This document shows positions 10,482-20,032 of a stretch of 64,000 nt of DNA, piece by piece. The stretch is from assembly GCA_963714095.1 (NCBI GenBank), contig OY970230.1, positions 134,206 to 198,205 of the forward strand. The letters run 5' to 3'. The notes below the pieces were generated by a model, which ran no database searches, was not told the DNA's origin, and saw only the letters and a list, made by a program, of their open reading frames with translations. Each line of letters opens with the position of its first letter. Within the stretch, counting starts at the first letter, position 1. A program made the translations under genes and the position numbers. This DNA is from Candidatus Gottesmanbacteria bacterium (lineage in GTDB: Bacteria; Patescibacteriota; Microgenomatia; UBA10105; UBA927).

Positions 10482-11303
10482 TTACGGAGATTTTTTCAGA
10501 CCAAGATGTTCATGGATCGTTTTGAGGATTTTACTTGTGGTTTCCAGATTTCCCCGAATGACAAATACCAGTCTCGCTTCAACTTTGGACTGGGTGATTT
10601 TCACAAGACCGTTGACCGCCTGCGCCAAATCTTTAGCCATCGCATCCAGTTCATCGCTGTGGATTCGCTCTACCCGATGAATGGGTTTTTTATCCATCTG
10701 TGCTTTCAGTCTTCTGGCTAGATCTTCAGCGCGCCTGACCGAGGCGTTTTCCGACAGAATCGTCTTATATGCCTCCACCATCAGTTTCACTTCCCCTAAC
10801 CCTGCAATAGCCCTCGCGTGCCCTTCTGTAATGGCACCGGAAATAAGCCCGTCTTTAATAGCATCAGGAAGTGCCATAAGCCGCATGGTATTACTTACAT
10901 ACGATTCGCTTTTGCCGACACGTTTGGCAATCTCCAAAACCGGAAGACCGAATTCCTCGATCAACCGCTGGAATGCCTGAGCGCGCTCAATGGGATTGAG
11001 GTCCTCACGCTGAACGTTCTCCACAATTGCCATTTCAAGCATACCGCGGGCCGTCGTTTCGCGAACAATCACCGGAACGGTCGATAGGCCTGCCTGTTTG
11101 GAAGCGCGCCACCGCCGTTCTCCTGCAATAAGCTGGTATCCTGCGGGAGTTTTGGCAACAACGAGCGGCTCAATGACGCCGTGCTCTTTTATGGAATTGA
11201 CCAATTCCGTAAGCGATTCAGGTGAGATAAGACCACGGGGTTGAAGAGGGTTGGATTGAATAATATCGACGTCCAGATGCAAAACCTGTTGTGTGTCAGC
11301 CAT
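10482..11303 (-). CDS. parB: ParB/Spo0J partitioning protein
   Basis: NPLQPR, IAGERRWRA, ENVQREDLNPIE, HTH. Confidence 0.95.
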   Translation of the reverse strand: MADTQQVLHLDVDIIQSNPLQPRGLISPESLTELVNSIKEHGVIEPLVVAKTPAGYQLIAGERRWRASKQAGLSTVPVIVRETTARGMLEMAIVENVQREDLNPIERAQAFQRLIEEFGLPVLEIAKRVGKSESYVSNTMRLMALPDAIKDGLISGAITEGHARAIAGLGEVKLMVEAYKTILSENASVRRAEDLARRLKAQMDKKPIHRVERIHSDELDAMAKDLAQAVNGLVKITQSKVEARLVFVIRGNLETTSKILKTIHEHLGLKKSP

Positions 11304-11306
11304 GGT

Positions 11307-11564
11307 TTATGATTGTACAGGCAGGACAGAAACTACTTTTTTTCCTTCTTTCGTTGAAAAGTTGACCATACCCTTCTGTATCGCATAAATCGTATAATCC
11401 CGACCAAGTCTCACTCCTGTCCCAGGATAGACTTTCGTACCTTTCTGCCGCACGATAATGCTGCCGGACTGGGCCATCTGACCGCCGTAGACTTTCACGC
11501 CTAAACGCTTTGAGACTGAATCTTTGTTTCCTGCGGCCGTTCCGCCTGCTTTTACGTGTGCCAT
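11307..11564 (-). CDS. rpmA: 50S ribosomal protein L27
   Basis: MAHVKAGG...SKRLGVK...IIVRQKGT. Confidence 0.95.
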   Translation of the reverse strand: MAHVKAGGTAAGNKDSVSKRLGVKVYGGQMAQSGSIIVRQKGTKVYPGTGVRLGRDYTIYAIQKGMVNFSTKEGKKVVSVLPVQS

Positions 11565-11565
11565 A

Positions 11566-12654
11566 TTATCGTTTTTCAAAAAGGTAAAACATTCGTTTTA
11601 CTTTAGCCCCCGGTCTACTATATTCTATGGGTCCAGTCAAAGTAGTATACCCAAGCGTTTCACACATGTCAATAACTTTTTTCACAAAGACTGTTTTTCC
11701 GTTTACGGCATACATGGGAAGTGCCATCATGACCATCCCGTGAGCCTTAAGAACGTGCCTCCAGTCCCGTAAACAGCCGATGTACAGTTTCTCCAGGCCT
11801 TTTATTGTATTGCGGACATCACCAATTTTTGTCGGGCCCATAAACGGCTCCGTCACAATTGCATCAATGGATTCCTTATCAACACAATCGGAAATATGAA
11901 CTGCATCCGAAACATGTAAACGGTATGTAACTCCTAAATCTGAATATTTTTGACCCAACCATTGGAGATTCTTCCGCGCCTTTGCAACAGTCTCGTCCGA
12001 GTAATCGCTGCCTATAACATTCCATCCCATAACAAGTGCTTCTGAAAGAATTGTTCCCATGCCGCAGAAAGGATCAAGGAGTGTTTTTTGAGCAAGTACG
12101 GAGCCAATATCACGCCGTCTGTCGGCAATATTGACGGCCATACGCGACACTTTCGGCGGTAACATGCCGCTTTTGGGGTCCGCGCTGGGCCGACCATAAT
12201 CTCTCGCATTCCATTCCTCAAATGGCTGAACTTCTATAGTTTTTCCCACATAATAGCCGTCTTTCGTTTGCACCAACACATAATCCTGCACATGCTGTTT
12301 TTGAATAACGACACTGGACAACTCATTTCCATTTCTCGATTCAACAAATCGTACGTGCTTTCCGCTCTGCGTGAGCATTGTTTTCACCTCTTCAAGGAGA
12401 TCCCTCGAAGTCTTATAATTGCTAATGCCAAATGTGGCGCTGTCAATGAACGGTGCAAGATGTCCCGCTGTTACCGAGGGAATGGTCCCAATAACCTCAG
12501 CAATCTTTACTGTGCCTCCTAGTTTTTGTATCGGTATATTGTGCGAAGCGATCGCCACCCCGTTGCCAATGAGTACAACATCGGGGATGAATGTCTGAAG
12601 TTCAAGAAAAGCTAATTCCGGGGTACGCCCGAGAATAAATACATAGGATGTCAT
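11566..12654 (-). CDS. Trm11/TrmG10-like SAM-dependent RNA methyltransferase
   Basis: GMLPPKVSRM, LDPFCGMGT, IVTEP motif IV. Confidence 0.7.
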   Translation of the reverse strand: MTSYVFILGRTPELAFLELQTFIPDVVLIGNGVAIASHNIPIQKLGGTVKIAEVIGTIPSVTAGHLAPFIDSATFGISNYKTSRDLLEEVKTMLTQSGKHVRFVESRNGNELSSVVIQKQHVQDYVLVQTKDGYYVGKTIEVQPFEEWNARDYGRPSADPKSGMLPPKVSRMAVNIADRRRDIGSVLAQKTLLDPFCGMGTILSEALVMGWNVIGSDYSDETVAKARKNLQWLGQKYSDLGVTYRLHVSDAVHISDCVDKESIDAIVTEPFMGPTKIGDVRNTIKGLEKLYIGCLRDWRHVLKAHGMVMMALPMYAVNGKTVFVKKVIDMCETLGYTTLTGPIEYSRPGAKVKRMFYLFEKR

Positions 12655-12658
12655 GGTT

Positions 12659-12967
12659 TTATCCGATGGAGACTATTTCAAGCTTTGTAACCAGTGGTCG
12701 GAATCCTGTGGATTTCCGGTATCGGACTTTCTGCTTATACCGGCGGACATTAAGTTTTTCTCCCTTTGCCTGAGCAACAATTTTTGCCTTAACGGAGACC
12801 CCCGCGACTGTCGGAGTACCGATTTGAGTTTTTTTGTCATCAGAAACCATTAGTACCCGGTCAAATGTCAAACCGTCGCCCTCTTTTCCTTCAATATATG
12901 AAGCGTTAATGACATCTTTTACCTGTACCCGATATTGTTTTCCCTGAATTTCTACTATTACAAACAT
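12659..12967 (-). CDS. rplU: 50S ribosomal protein L21
   Basis: IVEIQGKQYRV...IGTP...GFR. Confidence 0.95.
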   Translation of the reverse strand: MFVIVEIQGKQYRVQVKDVINASYIEGKEGDGLTFDRVLMVSDDKKTQIGTPTVAGVSVKAKIVAQAKGEKLNVRRYKQKVRYRKSTGFRPLVTKLEIVSIG

Positions 12968-12981
12968 ATTTGGTCATTTTA

Positions 12982-14073
12982 TCAGGAATGATGCGTGATT
13001 GCAATGCCGGATCTTTCATGATTGGTGCGTGCCAACGCCCAAAGTATGCCGAAGGAAATGGCTGTTGACAGGATCGAGCTTCCGCCGTACGACACAAACG
13101 GCAGTGTGATGCCCGTTATTGGAATAAGGCCCATATTCATACCGGCATTTATAAATATCTGTGAAAGTAACATCGCAAACAGGCCGAATGAATAGATAAA
13201 CAAGCGCGTTTCCTCAACCGCCCCCGCGAGAATCGGCTCGATAACACGGTAGAGAAGAAATGCATACCCTGCCAAAATGAGCGTTCCTCCCACAAACCCC
13301 AATTCCTCCACCAGCGTTGCAAAAATAAAGTCCGTATGAAATTCCGGCAAAAACCGCAGGTGAGACTGGGTGCCGCGCCCGAGACCTCGACCGAACCACT
13401 GACCGCTGCCGACTGCAATCATCGCCTGCAGAGCGTTGTATCCAGCACCTTTCGGATCAAGCGCGGGATTTAAGAATGTAAGAACCCGTGATTGTTGATA
13501 CGGTACAAGGTGCGACCATATAAAGGGTAGAAGTATACCGATTGCCGCGGCGGCAGATACAAAAAACCATACAGGCAGACCTGCAGCCAAAAGCATTGCA
13601 CTCCAAAAAGCCGCATATACCAGGCTTGTACCTAAATCCGGTTGCCGGAAAACAAGAAAAAAGGGCAGAACAAACAAAAGAAAAAGTATCGGAACATTTT
13701 TTAAATACCTCGGCGGATATTTCGCCATAAAATGCGCAAATGCGAGCAGTAAAAACGGTTTAACGAACTCAGACGGCTGGATTTGAGCCCCGGCTATCAC
13801 AATCCAACGCGTCGCGCCACGGATGCTGGGTCCAAGATACGACATCGCCAAAAATATGATAGAAAGGACATACCCGACCGGAGCAAACCACCAGAGAAGC
13901 ACCGCATCGACAGAGGAAATGCCGAACAACAAAATAAATCCCAAGATAAGATACAGAAGCTGGGATACAAAATACGCCTGGCTGATCGTCAAAAGGATAA
14001 AAAGTCCGAACGATCCCAGGCACGTAAGAACGAGTGCTGTTATCCAGTCGATATGGTGAGTGCGTCGCCCCAT
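12982..14073 (-). CDS. rodA: SEDS peptidoglycan glycosyltransferase RodA
   Basis: GATRWI, QPSEFVK, QPDLGT, GYNALQAMIAVGSG, PEFHTDFIF. Confidence 0.9.
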   Translation of the reverse strand: MGRRTHHIDWITALVLTCLGSFGLFILLTISQAYFVSQLLYLILGFILLFGISSVDAVLLWWFAPVGYVLSIIFLAMSYLGPSIRGATRWIVIAGAQIQPSEFVKPFLLLAFAHFMAKYPPRYLKNVPILFLLFVLPFFLVFRQPDLGTSLVYAAFWSAMLLAAGLPVWFFVSAAAAIGILLPFIWSHLVPYQQSRVLTFLNPALDPKGAGYNALQAMIAVGSGQWFGRGLGRGTQSHLRFLPEFHTDFIFATLVEELGFVGGTLILAGYAFLLYRVIEPILAGAVEETRLFIYSFGLFAMLLSQIFINAGMNMGLIPITGITLPFVSYGGSSILSTAISFGILWALARTNHERSGIAITHHS

Positions 14074-16862
14074 GTTATTGTTTCAGTCAGTGTTTCTTTT
14101 TGTATGTACGCAATAAGATCAGCAGATAAAGACTGTTTATCCTTCGGCAGAGTGAGTTTAATATGCGCATCTATTGTACAGCCTTTTTCTTTGCGGAGCT
14201 TCTGAATATCGCGCACCAGTTCCCGCGCGGCGCCTTCCTGAATAAGTTGCGGCGTCAATTGTATATTCAAATCAACTGATAAATCCCCCACGCTATGTGC
14301 GACACTCTTCACGTTTACCTCTTCTGCTATTACCCGCTGAACATCTTCGGATAATTTTGCCGGTGTTGCGGCTGTAAGAACTGCCAACGGTTGCCGCACC
14401 TTCATCTTCTTCTCTTTCCGTATCGCATGCGCTTTTTCAACAACTTCCCGCGCACTCGTCATTTCTTCTTCTAGCGCCGTATCCGGCACACCGGCCATTG
14501 GCCAAGATTCCAAATGAACAGACTCTTTGCCGGTCAAATTCCTATACATCTCTTCCGTCACAAACGGAATAAGAGGCGCAAGAATTTTGCAATACGTCAC
14601 TAGCACGTACCAGAGAGTCTGATATGCATTATCTTTATCTTTTCCCGAAGGCGCTGCCGGACCCACGCGATCTCGGATTCGGCGCACATACCACAAGGAC
14701 AAATCCTGCATAAATTTCCACGCTACCCCCACAATGACCGGCGTATCATACAATTCATACCCCTTCTCCGTTATTTCCTGAATTGTGCTATCCAACCGTG
14801 AAAGAATCCATCTGTCCATAACGTGTACCGGTTTCACGGCATCCGTTTTTGGCGTCCATTGGTCAATCCCGGCATACGTCACAAAAAAGTTATACACATT
14901 CCATAAAAGCAAAAGCATTCCCTTCACCTGATTGCGGTATTCAAGTTCCGAAATCCTGATATCTTCCCCGTGCATCACCGGACACCCAAGAAGATATAAC
15001 CGCAGGGCATCGCCGCCGTATTTTTGTAACATTTCCTTGGGATCCGGATAATTATTATAGTTTTTGCTCATTTTCCTTCCGTCGGTTCCCAATATGACGC
15101 CGGTGACCAGAACATTTTTAAACGCATGTGAGTCATAAATAGCAGTTGCGATAACATGAAGTACATAAAACCATGCGCGGATCTGTCCGGTATACTCAAC
15201 GATAAAATCCGGCGGAAAGAAGTCGGTAAGCTTCACTTCTGTATTAAACGGAAAATGCCTTTCGGCAAACGGCGCGCTGCCTGCCTCAATCCAACTATCC
15301 AGTACCTCGGTCACGCGTGTTGCTTTTTGCCCGCATTCCTTACACGTTACCGTCACTGCATCAATTCCGGGTTTATGCAGATCGGTAATCTTTGTACCAG
15401 CCGCTTCTTCCAATTCTTTAATCGAGCCGGGGACGAACATATGTCCGTTTTTACATTCCCAAACCGGCACGGGGCTGCCCCAGTAACGAGAGCGGGAGAT
15501 GCACCAGTCCGGCGCGTTCTCCAGGCTTTTGAGGTACCGGCCGTATTTAAAATGTGCGGGGAACCAATTCACTTTCTCATTCGTCGCCTTCATCTTTGCT
15601 TTCAACGACTGGATATTCACATACCACGCATCCTGCGGCGCGTACATAAGACGCGTGTGGCAGCGCCAGCACGTGGGAACCGGATGAGTATACTCGTCCA
15701 CGCGGTAAATAAGTTCACGTTTTTTCAAATCTTCGATAACCAGAGGGTCCACATCCAGATAATATTTCCCTGCCCACTTGGGTACGTCCGGCTTCATCAT
15801 GCCCTCTTCATCCACGTGCAGGACGATCTGAATATTCTCTTTTTGCATGACCCCTAAATCTTCCTCGCCATATGCTGCAATCGTCACGATACCGGTGCCC
15901 TCGTCTGCAGTCACGAAATCTCCCGGGATAATAACAAATGCTTTCTTCCCTTCATCGATTGTATAAAAGTTGTAATGCGGCACAAACTTCTTACCGACGA
16001 GCGTTTCCCCTGAAAATTCCTCAAGAACTTTATACGGCCTATCCGAAAGCATCTTCAGGGTCGTTTTTGCCAAAATATATTTGTCATCCCCCTGCTCAAC
16101 CTTCACGTACGTTAATTTCGGGTTGACGGCGAGAGCGGGTGTGGCGATTTTATTCCACGGCGTCGTACTCCAGGCGAGATAATAGGTGTTCTTATCCTCA
16201 TGAGACTGGTACATAAAAACTCCTGCGGGTTCCGTAATTTCCTTATAATTCTCCGGGTCCATGGCTACTTCAAAATTTGAAATGGGAGTCACGTCATGCG
16301 GACAATAAAGGGATACGCGCAGCCCTTTATAAATCAACTTTTTTTCAAACATTTGTTTAAATACCCACATCACCGTCTCCATGTAACTCGTGTCCATAGT
16401 CTTATAGGCGTTCTTAAAATCCACCCAGCGGCCGATATGATCCACATACCATTCCCACTCGCCGGAAACCTGCGACACATAGGATTTACACTCATCAATA
16501 AATTTCTGTACACCGATTGTGGTTTCTATATCTTTTTTCCGCTTAATATGGAGTTTCGTTTCCACTTTATTTTCTGCCGGCAGTCCATGGCAATCCCATC
16601 CCCACACACGCCGGACCCGATACCCCTTCATCGTCCAATACCGGGGAAACAAATCCTTGGGAATACTGGAGAGAAGTGTCCCGTAATGCGGCAACCCGGT
16701 AATAAACGGCGGCCCATCCAAAAACGTCCACGTTTTATTGGCCGGCCGGCTCTCGACGGATTTCTCAAAAATTTTATTCTCTTTCCAATATTTGAGTACC
16801 CGCTCCTCAAGATCGGGAAAGTTCACCTGCGCCGTTACCGGTTGAAATAAATGCTTTGCCAT
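14040..16862 (-). CDS. ileS: Isoleucine--tRNA ligase, type 2 (IleRS2)
   Basis: DGPPFITGLPHYG, GWDCHGLP, WCISRSRYWG, KMSK; no C-terminal zinc finger. Confidence 0.95.
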   Translation of the reverse strand: MAKHLFQPVTAQVNFPDLEERVLKYWKENKIFEKSVESRPANKTWTFLDGPPFITGLPHYGTLLSSIPKDLFPRYWTMKGYRVRRVWGWDCHGLPAENKVETKLHIKRKKDIETTIGVQKFIDECKSYVSQVSGEWEWYVDHIGRWVDFKNAYKTMDTSYMETVMWVFKQMFEKKLIYKGLRVSLYCPHDVTPISNFEVAMDPENYKEITEPAGVFMYQSHEDKNTYYLAWSTTPWNKIATPALAVNPKLTYVKVEQGDDKYILAKTTLKMLSDRPYKVLEEFSGETLVGKKFVPHYNFYTIDEGKKAFVIIPGDFVTADEGTGIVTIAAYGEEDLGVMQKENIQIVLHVDEEGMMKPDVPKWAGKYYLDVDPLVIEDLKKRELIYRVDEYTHPVPTCWRCHTRLMYAPQDAWYVNIQSLKAKMKATNEKVNWFPAHFKYGRYLKSLENAPDWCISRSRYWGSPVPVWECKNGHMFVPGSIKELEEAAGTKITDLHKPGIDAVTVTCKECGQKATRVTEVLDSWIEAGSAPFAERHFPFNTEVKLTDFFPPDFIVEYTGQIRAWFYVLHVIATAIYDSHAFKNVLVTGVILGTDGRKMSKNYNNYPDPKEMLQKYGGDALRLYLLGCPVMHGEDIRISELEYRNQVKGMLLLLWNVYNFFVTYAGIDQWTPKTDAVKPVHVMDRWILSRLDSTIQEITEKGYELYDTPVIVGVAWKFMQDLSLWYVRRIRDRVGPAAPSGKDKDNAYQTLWYVLVTYCKILAPLIPFVTEEMYRNLTGKESVHLESWPMAGVPDTALEEEMTSAREVVEKAHAIRKEKKMKVRQPLAVLTAATPAKLSEDVQRVIAEEVNVKSVAHSVGDLSVDLNIQLTPQLIQEGAARELVRDIQKLRKEKGCTIDAHIKLTLPKDKQSLSADLIAYIQKETLTETITWGDALTISTG

Positions 16863-16932
16863 ACTGATTTCTTTATTATATCAGGACACATGCAACAAAT
16901 CATGGTAAAATAGTGGTTCGGATGAATTCTTT

Positions 16933-18351
16933 ATGAAAAAACGACTGATCGCGCTCCTTTTTATCATTATTCTGCTTACCGGCGCGCTTTTTGCGATCTG
17001 GTACCATTCCGTCCACACGAAAGTGTTCATCACACGCCAAAAAACAGCCAGTGCTCCGCCCGATACCATACCGCAGCATCTTTCAAAAAAAACACCGTTT
17101 GACGTACTCCTTCTGGGCTACGGCGGCGGCACCCACGACGGGCCGTACCTTACCGATTCCATGATGGACATTCACGTCGATCCGAAAACTAAAAAAATAT
17201 TTCTTATTTCCATCCCGAGGGATTTGTGGGTCAATATTCCTACTGCCGGTACATCCGAATCCCCGTCTAAAATTAACGCAGCCTATGCCATTGGGTTGGA
17301 CGACACCATGTATCCCGATAAACAGGCACAGTTTAAAGGCCCGGACGGCGGCGGAAGGCTGGCGGAATATACAGTATCCCAGGTCATGGGACTGCCGGTA
17401 GATTATTTCGTCGGTATGGATTTTTCCGGTTTTGTAAAAACGATCGACACGATCGGCGGCGTTGATATAAATGTCCAGCCTGCATTTGATGATCCCGGGT
17501 ACCCCAACGAAGCCAGTGCCGCGGCCACGTGCGGGCACTCGGATGAAGACATAAAAGCGTTTATCGCAACAGTCTCTGCGGAATCAGATATCTGGGCGTA
17601 TTTCCCCTGCCGGTATGAAAACGTGCATTTTAATGCCGGACTGCAGCATATGGACGGAGATCGCGCGTTAATCTATGCCAGATCGCGCCACAGTGCCCAG
17701 GATGGCACTGACTTCGGCAGGGCGAGACGTCAGCGGAATCTCCTTATCGCAGTCGAACAGAAAATATTTACCGTCGGCTTTATTCCGAAAATCATTCCGT
17801 TTATCGACAGCCTGAAGGATGACCTTCGCACCGACCTGGCGCCATCGGATATCCAAACACTTATTCAGAATGCACCGGCGCTTGGCAAATACCAGATTGT
17901 CTCGCTTGCTCTCACCGACCAAAATTATTTAAAAGACTCATTTTCAAGCGATAACCTGGATATTCTCATCCCGAAAGACGGTCAGGGCAACTATACAAAT
18001 ATTCACGCATGGATTACCGACGTCATCTCAGGTAAACCGGAACCGTTTTCAGCAGTCGTACAGGTGCAAAACGGAACAAAAACAGAAGGACTTGCGCAGG
18101 TTGTAACAAATACGCTGGAGAATCTGAACATCAGGACAACACCGCCGACAAATACCGGCGGGATTATGTCGCCAAAAACAAGCATCATTGCCTTCGGTAC
18201 CAATATTAACCCCTCAGATCTTGCCATACTTGAAAAGGAATTTAACCCAGTAAAAATTTCGTACCAGCCCGCGACAGCCAGCGCCTACAACATCCGTATT
18301 GTTGTGGGAGCAGACTATACTGTGCATCTGACACCAACACCCACTCCGTAA
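16933..18351 (+). CDS. LytR-CpsA-Psr (LCP) protein with C-terminal LytR_C domain
   Basis: LTDSMM, SIPRDLW, KINAAY, YARSRH, DFGRARRQ; V.V.NGT...GLA and IVVGADY at C-terminus. Confidence 0.9.
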   Translation: MKKRLIALLFIIILLTGALFAIWYHSVHTKVFITRQKTASAPPDTIPQHLSKKTPFDVLLLGYGGGTHDGPYLTDSMMDIHVDPKTKKIFLISIPRDLWVNIPTAGTSESPSKINAAYAIGLDDTMYPDKQAQFKGPDGGGRLAEYTVSQVMGLPVDYFVGMDFSGFVKTIDTIGGVDINVQPAFDDPGYPNEASAAATCGHSDEDIKAFIATVSAESDIWAYFPCRYENVHFNAGLQHMDGDRALIYARSRHSAQDGTDFGRARRQRNLLIAVEQKIFTVGFIPKIIPFIDSLKDDLRTDLAPSDIQTLIQNAPALGKYQIVSLALTDQNYLKDSFSSDNLDILIPKDGQGNYTNIHAWITDVISGKPEPFSAVVQVQNGTKTEGLAQVVTNTLENLNIRTTPPTNTGGIMSPKTSIIAFGTNINPSDLAILEKEFNPVKISYQPATASAYNIRIVVGADYTVHLTPTPTP

Positions 18352-18377
18352 CTTCTTTACCTCAATAACGCGGGGTT
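18348..18377 (+). repeat. Decayed direct copy of the ftsZ 3' end (att-like scar)
   Basis: gtaacttctttacctcaataacgcggggtt matches 41382-41411 at 23/30 ungapped; overlaps the LCP stop codon. Confidence 0.7.
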
Positions 18378-18421
18378 TATCAGGCATCAAAACGATAAAA
18401 ATCGTATGCTATAATTCTTGT

Positions 18422-20002
18422 ATGCCGAACTATTTGTTTAGGAAAATTCATATATCATTTGATGGTATTCTTTCAATCTTCCTTTTTTTCTTCACGTTTA
18501 TTATCGCCGGAAGTTTTTCACGCATCGGTATTGAACCTCTTCATGACGGGCTTCAGTTAAAGCCAGCCCTGGATGTCGCACGGGGCGTCATGCTTTTCCG
18601 AGATACGTTCACCCAATACGGAGCATTGACTACGCTCATTCAGGCCGGCGCGCTGGTCATTTTCGGCAAATATCTTTTAACACTGAAACTCTTAACAGCA
18701 GCGTTTTATGGTGGAATTGCCACACTCCAGTATCTTATATATAAACGCATTCTTCCGCGGCCTATCGCCTTCACAACTGTCATTCTGTGGGTGTTTTGTG
18801 CCCCCTATTTTTTCTGGATATTTCTTGCTTGGTCGTCGGTGTATACTCTTTTCTTTCAGCTCCTTACAGCGTATTTTTTCTTCATTTGGCTGGAAAAAAA
18901 GAACGTGCGTGTTCTCTTTTGGGCCGGGGTAACAACAGCTATTGTCTTTTATTTTAAACAAACAATAGGAATATTCACAACGTGCGGCATACTCGTATTT
19001 TTTATTGTTCTCTCTCTGCAAAAAAATCCTGCTTTTGCTAAAGCAAAAAAAGCTTTGTTTTATTTTCTCTCAGGAATACTTATCATCAACCTTTGTTTCG
19101 CGGTTTGGCTGGGCGTCAATCATAGTTTTTCTGCTTGGTGGAAAGAATCATTTGTTGTTGGGTATGTCTATGGCACGCAATTTACATCAATCGGTGATTT
19201 CCTGCATCTGCTCAAAATCACGTTATTTCCGCTGTCGGACCCTACGTTTATAACCAGCCCGGTAGAATTATGGGTACTTCTTCCGTGTACAACAATTATT
19301 GTTTTTATTCGCTATTGTTTCTTTGGTAAAAAAGGTAATCAGATCCACAGATCTCTTATTCTCTTGCTTTCGCTTGTCGGATTATCATCATGGAGCCAAT
19401 ATTATCCGATTATAGACTACCGTCATGTGTATTGGGGCGGTACACCGATGTTCGGCATTCTTGCGTTCTTCTGTTATGAAATAATCCGATACGTCATCTC
19501 TATTTTTCAGAAGCGCCCGTCGTCTCTTGCAACCATACTGACGGTTGTGGGATTATGCATTCTTTTTTACCCCGACGTATCCAATAGAATTATCCTGGGA
19601 AAAGAAAAGCTCTCTGCGCCGTACGAAACGCTTGAATATCCGCCTATTTTAAAAGGTATGCAGGTCACCGCAGAAGAAAAACAATATATCATGGCTTTTG
19701 AAAATTCTCTGGATACATATTTTGCAAAACATCCGAACGGCACGGTCGCTAATCTCAGTGAACAGGGTATTTATCCGTCCTTATATGATCATATGATGTA
19801 TATTCCTCCGTTATATGTCTATTGGCCTCAATTCTTCGGTTCAATCTTTCCAGACGTTTTGCCCCGTATGTTAACCTATATTTCACTTCATCACCCGCTC
19901 GTTGTTACATCCCGCACATCCATTCTTCCGCCTGGCTATTGTGCGGTCCAAAATTTAGATTCTCTCTATGGTTCGTACCTTGCGTTACCTTGCGGGGATT
20001 AA
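18422..20002 (+). CDS. Multi-pass membrane protein, probable GT-C glycosyltransferase
   Basis: HDG...RDTFTQYG loop, many TM segments; TGcTATAAT 6 nt before ATG. Confidence 0.6.
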   Translation: MPNYLFRKIHISFDGILSIFLFFFTFIIAGSFSRIGIEPLHDGLQLKPALDVARGVMLFRDTFTQYGALTTLIQAGALVIFGKYLLTLKLLTAAFYGGIATLQYLIYKRILPRPIAFTTVILWVFCAPYFFWIFLAWSSVYTLFFQLLTAYFFFIWLEKKNVRVLFWAGVTTAIVFYFKQTIGIFTTCGILVFFIVLSLQKNPAFAKAKKALFYFLSGILIINLCFAVWLGVNHSFSAWWKESFVVGYVYGTQFTSIGDFLHLLKITLFPLSDPTFITSPVELWVLLPCTTIIVFIRYCFFGKKGNQIHRSLILLLSLVGLSSWSQYYPIIDYRHVYWGGTPMFGILAFFCYEIIRYVISIFQKRPSSLATILTVVGLCILFYPDVSNRIILGKEKLSAPYETLEYPPILKGMQVTAEEKQYIMAFENSLDTYFAKHPNGTVANLSEQGIYPSLYDHMMYIPPLYVYWPQFFGSIFPDVLPRMLTYISLHHPLVVTSRTSILPPGYCAVQNLDSLYGSYLALPCGD

Positions 20003-20004
20003 CT

Positions 20005-20032
20005 TTAACTTTTTGCTCAAAAACGCAGGGTT
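20005..20032 (+). repeat. Decayed direct copy of the ftsZ 3' end
   Basis: ttaactttttgctcaaaaacgcagggtt; right 17 nt match ftsZ 14/17 and read PAFL on the minus strand. Fills the gap between two convergent genes. Confidence 0.65.

Noticed and set aside
11565-11579. N-terminal extension on L27 (Prp-cleaved type)
   Set aside because: Arises only from an upstream TTG overlapping the previous gene; ATG at 11564 gives the normal MAH start and no prp gene is present.
19991-20000. tgcggggatt identical to 26302-26311
   Set aside because: Only 10 bp and inside a coding end; cannot be distinguished from chance, though adjacent to a real repeat copy.
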